Shown: in pieces, positions 11,232-20,786 of the stretch
Numbering within the stretch: position 1 is the stretch's first letter
How the letters are laid out: the number at the start of each line of letters is the position of its first letter
NCBI GenBank assembly: GCA_902635515.1
Contig: CACPOD010000003.1
Span: 33,669-97,668 of the forward strand
DNA length: 64,000 bases
Source of the DNA: an uncultured Pelagibacteraceae bacterium
GTDB taxonomy: Bacteria; Pseudomonadota; Alphaproteobacteria; Pelagibacterales; Pelagibacteraceae
Direction of reading: 5' to 3'
The notes under the pieces: generated by a model
Seen by the model: the letters and a program-made list of their open reading frames with translations, nothing else
Told to the model about the DNA's origin: nothing
Databases searched by the model: none
Position numbers and translations under genes: made by a program

Positions 11232-12671
11232 TTAATTTCTCCAAAAAGATGGTAAGAACAATACTAATATTGCAAACAACTCAAGTCTACCTAAAATCAT
11301 ACCTACAGTTAAGATCCACTTAGAAATATCAGGCAAAGCTGAAAAATCTCCATTAGGCCCAATTATAGGACCTAAACCTGGACCAACATTTGAGATTGAT
11401 GTTGCTGCTCCAGAGATAGCGGTTATAAAATCGAGACCTGTTAATGACAATAATGCAGCTAATATAAAAAAAATAACAAAATAAAAATAAATAAATGAAA
11501 TTATTGATGCAATAAATTTATCATCAACAGATCCTTGATCGTATTTAATTATAAATATTCCCTTGGGATATATAATTTTTTTTAATTGATTTAATATAAA
11601 TAAATATAGAATTTGAATTCTAAAAATTTTAACACCACAAGTAGTTGATCCAGCACAGCCCCCAATAAACATTAATGCAAGAAATATTGTTATAGGAAAA
11701 CTTCCCCAACCATCAAATTCAGCATTTACATAACCTGTTCCAGTTAATATTGAAATTGTATTAAAAAAAATAGATCTTAAACTAAAGTTTCCGTTATTAT
11801 AAAATAATAAATAAATTGATAATATAATAACGCTTATAATTATTATTTTAATAAATGTTCTGATTTGAATATCGTTTAAAAATATTTTTTTATTACCACT
11901 AATAAATTTAATATATGCAATAAATGGAATGCTTCCTAAAATTATAAAGATCATTGATGATATTTCTATAGCAACACTGTCAAAATATCCGATAGATTGA
12001 TTATAATTAGAAAATCCACCTGTAGCTATAGTAGTCATAGAATGAGTTAAACTATCAAATTTTCCCATTCCAAATATCCAATATGATAATGCACAAAGAG
12101 CTGTTAGACCTGAATAAATATAAATTAGTCTCAAAGCTATTTCTTTTGATTTAGGAAGAATTTTTTCAGAAGAGTCGTTGCTAGAAATTTTGAATAATTG
12201 CATACCACCAACATTCATTATTGGCATTAGGGTAATTGCCATCACAATAATACCAATGCCACCTAGCCATTGTAGTATTGCTCTCCATAATAGAATACCT
12301 TTTGGAGTACTCTCTAAGTTGGAAATAATTGTAGATCCAGTTGTTGTAATACCAGACATGCTCTCAAAAAAAGCATCAGTAATTGAAAGCTCCATAGTCG
12401 AAAATATAAATGGTAAAGATCCAAAAATAGCAATACTTAACCAGGATAAAGCAGTTAATAAAAATGCTTGTTGTAAATTTAATTTTTTGTCGTGATCTAG
12501 ATTTGAAAGAAAAAATAATGATCCAAAAATTATTGTCACAATAGATGCACCAAAAAATGATGAATCTATTTCAGAATAAATAAATTGAGCAATTATAGGG
12601 ATGAACATTGAGACCCCTAAAATTATTTGCAAAATTCCAAGTGTAAAAAAAACAGTTTTATAATTAGACAT
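11232..12671 (-). CDS. trkH: Trk potassium uptake membrane protein
   Basis: FESMSGITTTG, WLGGIG, TGGFS, GGCAGSTTCGVK, SNVGPG, GRLE. Confidence 0.95.
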   Translation of the reverse strand: MSNYKTVFFTLGILQIILGVSMFIPIIAQFIYSEIDSSFFGASIVTIIFGSLFFLSNLDHDKKLNLQQAFLLTALSWLSIAIFGSLPFIFSTMELSITDAFFESMSGITTTGSTIISNLESTPKGILLWRAILQWLGGIGIIVMAITLMPIMNVGGMQLFKISSNDSSEKILPKSKEIALRLIYIYSGLTALCALSYWIFGMGKFDSLTHSMTTIATGGFSNYNQSIGYFDSVAIEISSMIFIILGSIPFIAYIKFISGNKKIFLNDIQIRTFIKIIIISVIILSIYLLFYNNGNFSLRSIFFNTISILTGTGYVNAEFDGWGSFPITIFLALMFIGGCAGSTTCGVKIFRIQILYLFILNQLKKIIYPKGIFIIKYDQGSVDDKFIASIISFIYFYFVIFFILAALLSLTGLDFITAISGAATSISNVGPGLGPIIGPNGDFSALPDISKWILTVGMILGRLELFAILVLFLPSFWRN

Positions 12672-12762
12672 TTTGAAAGAACATTATTTTATGGTAAATA
12701 AATTTCAACTCTATAAGAATTAATAAAATCGCCAATTTAAGATTTTTATAAAAGATATACTC

Positions 12763-14325
12763 GTGATTAAAAAAGAAATTTTAGACAAAACAAGTGCTTG
12801 GCCTTTCGTTGAAGCAAAAAAAATGCTTCGTGAGAGAAAATCATTTATTGATAAAAAAGGAAAAATTACTCTTCAAACAGGATATGGTCCAAGTGGTCTT
12901 CCTCATATCGGAACATTTGGCGAAGTTGCAAGGACTTCGATGATGGTGAATGCCTTAAAGCAACTTACAGATTTACCAACTGAGATAATTACTTTTTCTG
13001 ATGATATGGATGGTTTAAGAAAAGTTCCTGACAATGTTCCTAATCAGGAATTACTAAACAAAAACTTACATAGACCATTAACACAAGTTCCTGATCCATT
13101 TGAAAAATTTGCAAGTTTTGGAGAGCATAATAATGAAATGTTAAAAGATTTTTTAAATAGTTTTAATTTTAAATACAGTTTTAAAAGTTCGACATCTTTA
13201 TACAAAGGTGGTTTTTTCAACCCAACTTTAAAAATTATTTTAGAAAATTATGATGGTATAATGAACATTATACTTCCAACTTTAGGCAAAGAACGTCAAC
13301 AAACTTACTGCCCCTTTTTACCTATTTGTCCAGATACAGGTCATGTACTCGAAATTCCAGTTATAGAAATTGATAAAAAAAATTCTAAAATAATTTTTGA
13401 TAATAAAGGTAAAAAATTAGAGTCTAGTATTTTGGATGGAAATTGTAAATTACAATGGAAAGTTGATTGGGCAATGAGATGGTATGCTCTAGATATAGAT
13501 TTTGAAATGTATGGAAAAGACCTTATTGAGAGTGCAATTTTATCGACCAAAATAATAAATTTAATTGGTAAAAAACATCCATCTGGATTTGCTTATGAAT
13601 TATTTCTTGATGAAAAGGGTGAAAAAATTTCAAAATCAAAAGGAAATGGTATTACTATTGACCAATGGTTAAAATATGCTTCACCCGAAAGCTTATCTTT
13701 ATACATGTATCAAAATCCAAAAAGAGCAAAAAAACTTTATAAAGAAATAGTGCCTAAAGCTGTAGACGAGTACCTTGATAATATTGAAAAATCAAAAAAA
13801 CAAACAGAGCAACAATTAGTAATGAATCCTGTTTGGCATGTTCATAATGGCAATATTCCAAAAGAAGAGATGATTATGACCTTTTCTATGTTGTTGAATT
13901 TAGTTGAAACAAGTAATGCTGACAATAAAGATTTATTATGGAAGTTTGTTAAAAAATATAAATCTAACATCCATGAAAAAAACTTTCCTATTTTTGATGG
14001 ATTAGTTGGTTATGCGATTAAGTATTTTAATGATGTTATTAAAGCTCAAAAAAAATATAAAAATCCATCTGAAAATGAAAAATTAGCTCTACAAGCTTTA
14101 GTTAAAACTTTAGAACAATGTAATGATCAGATGTCTCCTGAAGATATACAAACATTAATTTATTCAACAGGTAAAGAGAATGGGTATTCAGAAAACTTAA
14201 GAGATTGGTTCAAGTTAATTTATGAAGTGGTTTTCGGAGATGAAAATGGACCTAGAATGGGTTTTTTTATAAGTTTTTTTGGTGTTAACGAAACAAAAGA
14301 ATTGATAATTAGTAAATTGAAATAA
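12763..14325 (+). CDS. lysS: Lysine--tRNA ligase, class I
   Basis: TGYGPSGLPHIGT (HIGH-like) and KISKSKGN (KMSKS-like); GPRMG. Confidence 0.96.
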   Translation: MIKKEILDKTSAWPFVEAKKMLRERKSFIDKKGKITLQTGYGPSGLPHIGTFGEVARTSMMVNALKQLTDLPTEIITFSDDMDGLRKVPDNVPNQELLNKNLHRPLTQVPDPFEKFASFGEHNNEMLKDFLNSFNFKYSFKSSTSLYKGGFFNPTLKIILENYDGIMNIILPTLGKERQQTYCPFLPICPDTGHVLEIPVIEIDKKNSKIIFDNKGKKLESSILDGNCKLQWKVDWAMRWYALDIDFEMYGKDLIESAILSTKIINLIGKKHPSGFAYELFLDEKGEKISKSKGNGITIDQWLKYASPESLSLYMYQNPKRAKKLYKEIVPKAVDEYLDNIEKSKKQTEQQLVMNPVWHVHNGNIPKEEMIMTFSMLLNLVETSNADNKDLLWKFVKKYKSNIHEKNFPIFDGLVGYAIKYFNDVIKAQKKYKNPSENEKLALQALVKTLEQCNDQMSPEDIQTLIYSTGKENGYSENLRDWFKLIYEVVFGDENGPRMGFFISFFGVNETKELIISKLK

Positions 14326-15377
14326 TGTATTCAAACTTAAGATCTTTAATATTTAAAATAGATCCTGAAAGAGCACATTTTTTAGCAATTCAATCACTCA
14401 AACTCAATTTAGTTTCAAACATATTTGATGAAAACAAAAATGATCCCATTTTAAAAACAAAATTATTTAATCAAGATCTTGATAATCCTATCGGTATTGC
14501 TGCAGGTTTTGATAAGAATGCAGAGGTATATAACCCTTTATTTAAGCTGGGTTTTGGATTTGTTGAAGTAGGTACAGTTACTCCATTAAAACAATATGGA
14601 AATGAAAAACCAAGAGTATTTAGATTGGTAGAAGATCAAGCATTAATTAATAGGTTAGGTTTTAACAACCACGGATCAGATACAATATTAAACAGAATAA
14701 AATCTAATAAAAAAATAGGTGTGCTAGGTGTAAATGTGGGTCCAAACAAAGATTCTAATGATAGATTAAATGATTATTTAATTGGATTAGAAAAATTTTC
14801 TGAAGTTGCAGATTATATTACAATCAATATTTCTTCACCAAATACTGAAAATTTAAGAAACTTTCATGATGAAAATAAATTAAAAGAGTTATTAAAATCT
14901 ATCTCAGAGAAAAAAAAACAATTAAAAACTGAAATTCCTGTAGCTGTAAAGATTTCACCAGATATAAATGAAAATCAAATTGACTTAATTTCAGAAATAC
15001 TTTTAGAAAATGAAATAAGCGCAATAATAATTTCAAATACTTCCGAAGCTTCTCGGGAAACACTTCAAAATATACAGAGACATCAAAAAGGTGGTTTATC
15101 TGGAAAACCTATTGAGAAACAATCAAATCTTTTAATAAGTAAATTCTACAATTTAATAAAAGGTAAAATTAAAATAATTGGAGTAGGTGGTGTTGACTCT
15201 GGTAAAGCAGCTTATGACAAGTTTTTATTAGGAGCAGATTATGTTCAGTTGTATACCGGCATGGTATTTCAAGGACCCAATATTGCTGGGATGATTAAAA
15301 AGGACCTAAAAGAATTACTAATAAGAGATGGTGTCAAAAATTTCACAGAAATTGTGGGAAATAAAACTGTTTCTTAA
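14325..15377 (+). CDS. pyrD: Dihydroorotate dehydrogenase (quinone), class 2
   Basis: [38 protein letters not shown]. Confidence 0.96.
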   Translation: MYSNLRSLIFKIDPERAHFLAIQSLKLNLVSNIFDENKNDPILKTKLFNQDLDNPIGIAAGFDKNAEVYNPLFKLGFGFVEVGTVTPLKQYGNEKPRVFRLVEDQALINRLGFNNHGSDTILNRIKSNKKIGVLGVNVGPNKDSNDRLNDYLIGLEKFSEVADYITINISSPNTENLRNFHDENKLKELLKSISEKKKQLKTEIPVAVKISPDINENQIDLISEILLENEISAIIISNTSEASRETLQNIQRHQKGGLSGKPIEKQSNLLISKFYNLIKGKIKIIGVGGVDSGKAAYDKFLLGADYVQLYTGMVFQGPNIAGMIKKDLKELLIRDGVKNFTEIVGNKTVS

Positions 15378-15388
15378 ATGTATTAAAC

Positions 15389-15417
15389 TTGACGCCTTCA
15401 ATATCTCCCCTTATATA
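15389..15417 (+). promoter_or_regulatory. sigma70-like promoter of rpmB-yhhQ
   Basis: TTGACG-N17-TATATA, ending 12 nt before the rpmB ATG. Confidence 0.65.
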
Positions 15418-15429
15418 GGCACTGTTATT

Positions 15430-15741
15430 ATGTCAAAAAAATGTGAACTTACCGGTAAAATTCCTATGAAAGGTCATAATGTTAGTCATGCTAACAACAA
15501 AACTAAAAGAAGATTTTTACCAAATCTTAAAAAAGTAAAATTTACAAGTGAGCTTACTGGAAGAAGTTTAAAACTTACTGTAAGCAATTCGGGTGTAAGA
15601 TCAGTTGACAAAAAAGGTAGTTTTGATGAATTTTTAAAAACTGTAAAAAACAAAAATTTATCTCCTAGATTAAAAAAGTTAAAAAAAGTAGTTTTAATTA
15701 AATCCCCTTTTAAAAAGAAACCTGTAGCTAAATCAGCTTAA
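15430..15741 (+). CDS. rpmB: 50S ribosomal protein L28 (true start ATG 15430)
   Basis: [29 protein letters not shown]. Confidence 0.96.
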   Translation: MSKKCELTGKIPMKGHNVSHANNKTKRRFLPNLKKVKFTSELTGRSLKLTVSNSGVRSVDKKGSFDEFLKTVKNKNLSPRLKKLKKVVLIKSPFKKKPVAKSA

Positions 15742-16295
15742 TGAATAAATTATTTATCACCCTGTCAATAATGATGGGGGTTGTTGTACTATCTTCTAAT
15801 TATTTAGTTCAGTTCCCAATAAACTATTTTGGATTAAATGAGATTTTAACTTATGGAGCTTTTAGTTACCCAATAGCTTTTTTAATAACAGATTTAGCAA
15901 ATAGGTCTTATGGAAAATTATTAGCAAGGCAAATTGTATATTTGGGCTTTTTGATAGGAATCATATTTACATTGTTATTCTCAACTGATTTTGCAGATTT
16001 AATATCTGTCAGAATTGCAATAGGATCAGGGGTAGCTTTTATTACTGCTCAATTATTAGATATTCAAATTTTTGATCGATTAAGAAAAAAAGAGTGGTTT
16101 GTAGCTCCACTTACTTCATCTTTGATTGGATCAACAGTTGACACATTTTTATTTTTCTCAATATCATTTTATGCAACAGGGGTACCTTGGGTTACTTTAT
16201 CTCTAGGAGATTTAGCGGTAAAAGTTTTAGTTGCTCTTATAATGTTGATACCATTCAGAATGTTATTGAAAATTATTAAACCAATTAAAGTTTAA
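15741..16295 (+). CDS. yhhQ: Queuosine precursor transporter (YhhQ/VUT family)
   Basis: SNYLVQ, YPIAFLITDL, RIAIGS..AFITAQLLD, GSTVDT; multi-TM. Confidence 0.85.
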   Translation: MNKLFITLSIMMGVVVLSSNYLVQFPINYFGLNEILTYGAFSYPIAFLITDLANRSYGKLLARQIVYLGFLIGIIFTLLFSTDFADLISVRIAIGSGVAFITAQLLDIQIFDRLRKKEWFVAPLTSSLIGSTVDTFLFFSISFYATGVPWVTLSLGDLAVKVLVALIMLIPFRMLLKIIKPIKV

Positions 16296-17167
16296 TATAA
16301 AAACTTATAAGACAGAATTTTATAAGCTAACTTTGCAACAAGAAAATTATAAGAATTAAATCCTTTAATTGGAGATAGTTCATTAATATCTGCACCAACA
16401 ATTTTCGAGTTTTTAGCTGCAATTCTTATTATATCCAATGTTTCATCCCACAACAGTCCTCCTGGTTCAGGTGTACCAGTTGCGGGCATAATGCTTGAAT
16501 CTAGTCCGTCTACATCGAATGTTAGATAAACTGTTTTGTTTTTAATTAGTTTTTTAAATTTAGACAAATTCCATTTTTTTTTATCTTTCGCCCAAAAAAT
16601 ATTTATTCTTGAAGAATTTTTTTTTAAAAATGGGATTTCACTTTCCGAGATGTTTCTTATTCCAAATGAAATTAACGAAACATTTTTATAATCTAGACAC
16701 CTTCTAATTGCTGAAGCATGTGAAAATTTTTCTCCATTATAACTTTGACGTAAATCTGCATGAGCATCAAAATGTAACAGACAAATGTTTTTATATTTTT
16801 TAGTAAAAGGAACAATACATCCAGGTGTTATTGAATGCTCTCCACCTAAAGTCATTGGAAAAAGCTTTTTACTTAAAATTTCTTTATTAATATTAGAGAT
16901 TTTATTCAGTGCTTTTTTAATATTTTTGTCGATTTTAAATGGTTTTAAAGTTTTAATACCTATTGTTTTATAAGGTTCGCAATTAAGCTCTTCATCATAT
17001 AGCTCAACTTGATGAGATGCTTTTATAATTTCTTTAGGTCCATTTTTTGTTCCTCCCCCATAACTGACAGTTTTTTCTAAACCAAATGGAATAATTACAG
17101 CTTTTTCTTTAAAGCTAAATTTATTATCAATTCCTAAAAACCCGTTTTTATTTGAGAGATATTTCAA
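16292..17167 (-). CDS. speB: Agmatinase-like ureohydrolase
   Basis: GGEHS, DAHADLR, DVDGLD, TGTPEPGG arginase-family metal ligands. Confidence 0.9.
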   Translation of the reverse strand: MKYLSNKNGFLGIDNKFSFKEKAVIIPFGLEKTVSYGGGTKNGPKEIIKASHQVELYDEELNCEPYKTIGIKTLKPFKIDKNIKKALNKISNINKEILSKKLFPMTLGGEHSITPGCIVPFTKKYKNICLLHFDAHADLRQSYNGEKFSHASAIRRCLDYKNVSLISFGIRNISESEIPFLKKNSSRINIFWAKDKKKWNLSKFKKLIKNKTVYLTFDVDGLDSSIMPATGTPEPGGLLWDETLDIIRIAAKNSKIVGADINELSPIKGFNSYNFLVAKLAYKILSYKFLY

Positions 17168-17169
17168 TT

Positions 17170-18213
17170 TTATTCAAAAATTTTAGTAAAGTTTTTTCTT
17201 GTTCTATTTTTCCATTCACCTTTATGATACGCATCACTTGCTATCAATGGTAAAACACTAGTGGCTTCTGCAAACACCATCTGTTCTTTTGTAATATCTA
17301 CTTTTCCCCACGAACTTGCTTCTTTTAATGTGGAGCTACTGCAAGCACCGTCTCTACTATCAGCAACAGTAATTTGAACAGCATATTTATGCATGTCTAC
17401 ATCTTTTCCCAATAGTTCAGCACAAATTACAGTATCTTGAATAAAGTTTTTAGGCACACCACCACCAATCATAAATAATCCAGAAACTTTTGATTTGATT
17501 TTAATTTCTGTTAGTTCTCTAAATTCTCTAACCGAGTCTATTGTCATATGTTTTTTTGGTTTCTGTTCTTGATGCATAACTAACCCAAAACCTGCGCTCG
17601 AGTCGGTAAAAGCAGGGCAGAAAATAGGAACATTGTTGTCAAAAGCAGTTTCAATTAAAGAGTCTTTTTTCTTTGAGTTATTTTTTAAATATTTTCCCAT
17701 TTCATAGATAAATTCTCTCGAAGTATAGCTTCTTGCTTCTAAGTTATTTGCGATTTCACATATGATTTTATCACACATTTGAAGCTCTTCTTCATCTATG
17801 TAGGTATCGTAAATTCTATCTATATAGTTATTCCTCAGCTCAGTATCGTCTTGAAATTGTGAACCTTGATAATGTTTGAAACCAAGAGCTTCAAAAAAAT
17901 CCATATCTACTATTGAGGCACCAGTTGCAACAATTGCATCTACCATATTATATTTAACTAAATCTTTATAAATATTCATACATCCAGCTGCCGAAGTAGA
18001 GCCTGCTAAAGTAAGGAAAATTGTGCAATCTTTATCTTTAAGCATCTCGTTATAAATATTAGCAGCATTTGCTGTTTCTCTAGAAACAAATGACATTTTT
18101 TCCATTGAGGATATAATTTTTCTACTATCAAAAGAAGTTATATCGATATGCTCAATAGGATCTTTTAAGAAATCTCTTTTACTGTTATGACCTGGATTTT
18201 TTTGATTAGACAT
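17170..18213 (-). CDS. Deoxyhypusine synthase-like protein (bacterial SpeY-type)
   Basis: IDRIYD, PAFTDSSAG, IGGGVPKNF, EASSWGKV with the catalytic Lys. Confidence 0.9.
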   Translation of the reverse strand: MSNQKNPGHNSKRDFLKDPIEHIDITSFDSRKIISSMEKMSFVSRETANAANIYNEMLKDKDCTIFLTLAGSTSAAGCMNIYKDLVKYNMVDAIVATGASIVDMDFFEALGFKHYQGSQFQDDTELRNNYIDRIYDTYIDEEELQMCDKIICEIANNLEARSYTSREFIYEMGKYLKNNSKKKDSLIETAFDNNVPIFCPAFTDSSAGFGLVMHQEQKPKKHMTIDSVREFRELTEIKIKSKVSGLFMIGGGVPKNFIQDTVICAELLGKDVDMHKYAVQITVADSRDGACSSSTLKEASSWGKVDITKEQMVFAEATSVLPLIASDAYHKGEWKNRTRKNFTKIFE

Positions 18214-19397
18214 TAAGCTACCATGTTAGCTTTGTTAATGTCTTTATCATACATTGTCATTATTGGATTATCTTCAACTTCGTAAATTTCATTTGAGTAA
18301 TAACCATTAAACTGAGTTCTAAATGTTAATCCGTATGCCCCAAGTTGACCAAGTTCAATATAATCATTTTCTTTAATATTATTTGGAAGCAAAAAAGGAC
18401 CTTTCATATAATCCATGCTATCACATGTAGGTCCAAAGAAATCAAAAGCAGTTAATTTTTTTGAAATTATTTTATTAGAATTTTCTTTAATCATTCTAGA
18501 TGGGAATACAATGTTTGGTGTACCAGCATCAAAAAGAGTACCATAGGTACCATCATTAATATAAAGCTTTTGTTTTTTCCTTAAATTAACCCTTACAACT
18601 GTTGAACCACTTTCAGCAACTATAGCTCTGCCAGGCTCACAAATAATTTCAGGAAGTTTTTTAAGCTTTAAGTTTTCTAAACTCTTATTTATTTCATTAA
18701 AATAACTACCTAAAGATTGCGGAATTAAGTCAGGATAGATTGTAGGGAAACCCCCACCTACATTAATGTAATTTGGAATAATTTTTGTCTTTTTAATTAT
18801 ATTTCCAATTTCACTAATTCCTTTTGAATAAGAAATTGGATGCATACATTGTGAACCAACATGAAAACTTAAACCAATCTTTTTAGCATGTTGTTTTACA
18901 AGTCTTAACAAGCCAATTGCTTCTGATGTTAAAGCACCAAATTTTTTTGATAAATCAATTTCTGCATGTTCATTTGAAACAGCAACTCTTACAAATAACT
19001 CTAAATCTTTAGCATTATTTGTACTTTCAATTATTTTAATCAGTTCATCTTTAGTATCTAATGAAAAAGTTTTTACACCATAATTAAAATATGCTTCTTT
19101 TATACTTTCTCTGCTTTTAACAGTATGCATAAAAGAGCATTTAGCTGTATTGCTAAAAGTTCTAATATTTATAATTTCCTCAATTGAAGCAACATCAAAT
19201 TGCTCAACTCCACTTTCTATGATTGTTTTGATTACCTCAGGATGCGGATTAGTTTTAACTGCATATAAAATTTTACCTGGAAATTTGTTTAGGAAAAATT
19301 TAACAGCAGATTTTATGGAATTCTTTCTAATACAGTAAACTGGTTTTTCAGGTTTCAGCTGATTTACTAATTCCTCAACTGATTTAAATTTTTGCAT
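18213..19397 (-). CDS. Alanine-racemase-fold (type III PLP) ornithine/lysine/arginine decarboxylase (likely start ATG 19397)
   Basis: YAVKTNP PLP-Lys, FDVAS, FHVGSQ, NVGGGF, EPGR, GPTCDSMD, GAY; GGAGG SD 8 nt before the ATG. Confidence 0.92.
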   Translation of the reverse strand: MQKFKSVEELVNQLKPEKPVYCIRKNSIKSAVKFFLNKFPGKILYAVKTNPHPEVIKTIIESGVEQFDVASIEEIINIRTFSNTAKCSFMHTVKSRESIKEAYFNYGVKTFSLDTKDELIKIIESTNNAKDLELFVRVAVSNEHAEIDLSKKFGALTSEAIGLLRLVKQHAKKIGLSFHVGSQCMHPISYSKGISEIGNIIKKTKIIPNYINVGGGFPTIYPDLIPQSLGSYFNEINKSLENLKLKKLPEIICEPGRAIVAESGSTVVRVNLRKKQKLYINDGTYGTLFDAGTPNIVFPSRMIKENSNKIISKKLTAFDFFGPTCDSMDYMKGPFLLPNNIKENDYIELGQLGAYGLTFRTQFNGYYSNEIYEVEDNPIMTMYDKDINKANMVA

Positions 19398-19419
19398 TTT
19401 TAATGCCTCCAAAAAAAAT

Positions 19420-19467
19420 TTAATAAAAAAAAGTCTTTTTAAAAAAAACTTTAATATTTTTTGGCAT
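19420..19467 (-). CDS. Candidate leader peptide MPKNIKVFFKKTFFY (35 aa if started at ATG 19527)
   Basis: Short ORF in the decarboxylase leader overlapping a hairpin plus U tract; no translation evidence. Confidence 0.3.
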   Translation of the reverse strand: MPKNIKVFFKKTFFY

Positions 19468-19530
19468 ATAAAGTAAACAGCACCAAAGTAAAGCAAATAA
19501 TTCAAGCCAGAAATGCGTAAAATTCATATA

Positions 19531-19557
19531 TTGTAATATCTTGCAGAGACCCCATAT
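19531..19557 (+). promoter_or_regulatory. sigma32-like promoter of regA
   Basis: TTGTAA-N13-CCCCATAT, 7 nt upstream of ATG 19565. Confidence 0.45.
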
Positions 19558-19564
19558 AAGGGTC

Positions 19565-20128
19565 ATGAAAGAAGAAGCAAAACTACAGAATCTTGGTGAT
19601 TTTGAAAATAAGTCATTATTAATCGTGGATGACGATAATCCTTTCCGTGAGCGTTTAGCAAGAGCGATGGAAAAAAAAGGATTTGAGGTTTTTCAAGCTG
19701 AGAGTGTACAAAAGGGAGTTGAATCTGTAAAAACTAAAAAACCTGGTTTTGCTGTTGTAGACTTAAGGCTTGCAGATGGTAATGGACTTGAAGTTGTAAA
19801 AGAAATTCAGTCTTCAAATAGTGATAGCAGGATCATCATGTTAACTGGTTATGGAAATATTCCAACAGCAGTAGCTGCAATTAAAGAAGGTGCCATAGAT
19901 TATTTGGCTAAACCTGCTGATGCAGAGGATGTAGAGAAAGCATTATTGGCAGATCCTTCAAAAAAAGCAGCCCCACCAGAAAACCCGATGTCGGCTGATA
20001 GAGTTAAGTGGGAACATATACATAGAGTTTTTGAATTATGTAATAGAAATGTTTCAGAAACAGCCAGAAGGCTTAAAATGCACAGAAGAACTCTTCAAAG
20101 AATTCTTTCTAAAAGATCACCTAGATAA
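19565..20128 (+). CDS. regA: RegA/PrrA/ActR-family redox response regulator (likely start ATG 19565)
   Basis: Receiver domain plus PPENPMSADRVKWEHIHRVFELCNRNVSETARRLKMHRRTLQRILSKRSPR. Confidence 0.96.
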   Translation: MKEEAKLQNLGDFENKSLLIVDDDNPFRERLARAMEKKGFEVFQAESVQKGVESVKTKKPGFAVVDLRLADGNGLEVVKEIQSSNSDSRIIMLTGYGNIPTAVAAIKEGAIDYLAKPADAEDVEKALLADPSKKAAPPENPMSADRVKWEHIHRVFELCNRNVSETARRLKMHRRTLQRILSKRSPR

Positions 20129-20672
20129 ATTTTTTAATTTTAATTATTTGCTTAGTCAAAAGAGCTAAAAGCATAATTTTAAAAATCTCGGCTAATAGAA
20201 ATGGTTTCGCACCTAAAGCAAAAATTGGCTTATCCCATCCAATCAATGTTCCAAGCCAAATTAGACCCAAAATATAGATTGTTAAAGTTGCAATAATTAA
20301 CTTAAATAAAACAACAAAAAAATTATCACCAATCTTAATTTTGGAAGCTAAGTAACAAGCTGTTAAAAAACCAATTAAGTAACCCATAGTTGGTCCTGTA
20401 AAGTAAACTAATCCAACACCTTTTTCAGGAGAATTTGAAAATACAGGAAGCCCTGCAATTCCTTCAATTAAATACAGACCAATTGCAGCTAGAGCAATTT
20501 TATGTCCTAAACTTATTCCTAAAAATAATACAACAAATGTTTGCATAGTCATAGGAACTGGATAGAAAGGAATTTTGATCTTTGCAGATATAGTTAGTGC
20601 TATTGAACCAAGAACAATAACAACCAGAGATTTAAATAGTTTAGCTTGTGTGAGATTTTTTGTTAATTCCAT
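20121..20672 (-). CDS. bioY: Biotin transporter BioY
   Basis: PVPMTMQTF, GLPVFS, GPTMGYLIGF. Confidence 0.93.
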   Translation of the reverse strand: MELTKNLTQAKLFKSLVVIVLGSIALTISAKIKIPFYPVPMTMQTFVVLFLGISLGHKIALAAIGLYLIEGIAGLPVFSNSPEKGVGLVYFTGPTMGYLIGFLTACYLASKIKIGDNFFVVLFKLIIATLTIYILGLIWLGTLIGWDKPIFALGAKPFLLAEIFKIMLLALLTKQIIKIKKFI

Positions 20673-20786
20673 CGTTAAATAATACTCAAAATATAAAAAA
20701 TAATCTACTTATAATTGTTAAAATAATTGAAAGTAAATTTTTTTATATACAGAATATGTTATCATTATAATATTTAATAATACTTC

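Noticed and set aside
12763-14325. Class I (archaeal-type) LysRS as a horizontal transfer signal
   Set aside because: Class I LysRS is common in alphaproteobacteria
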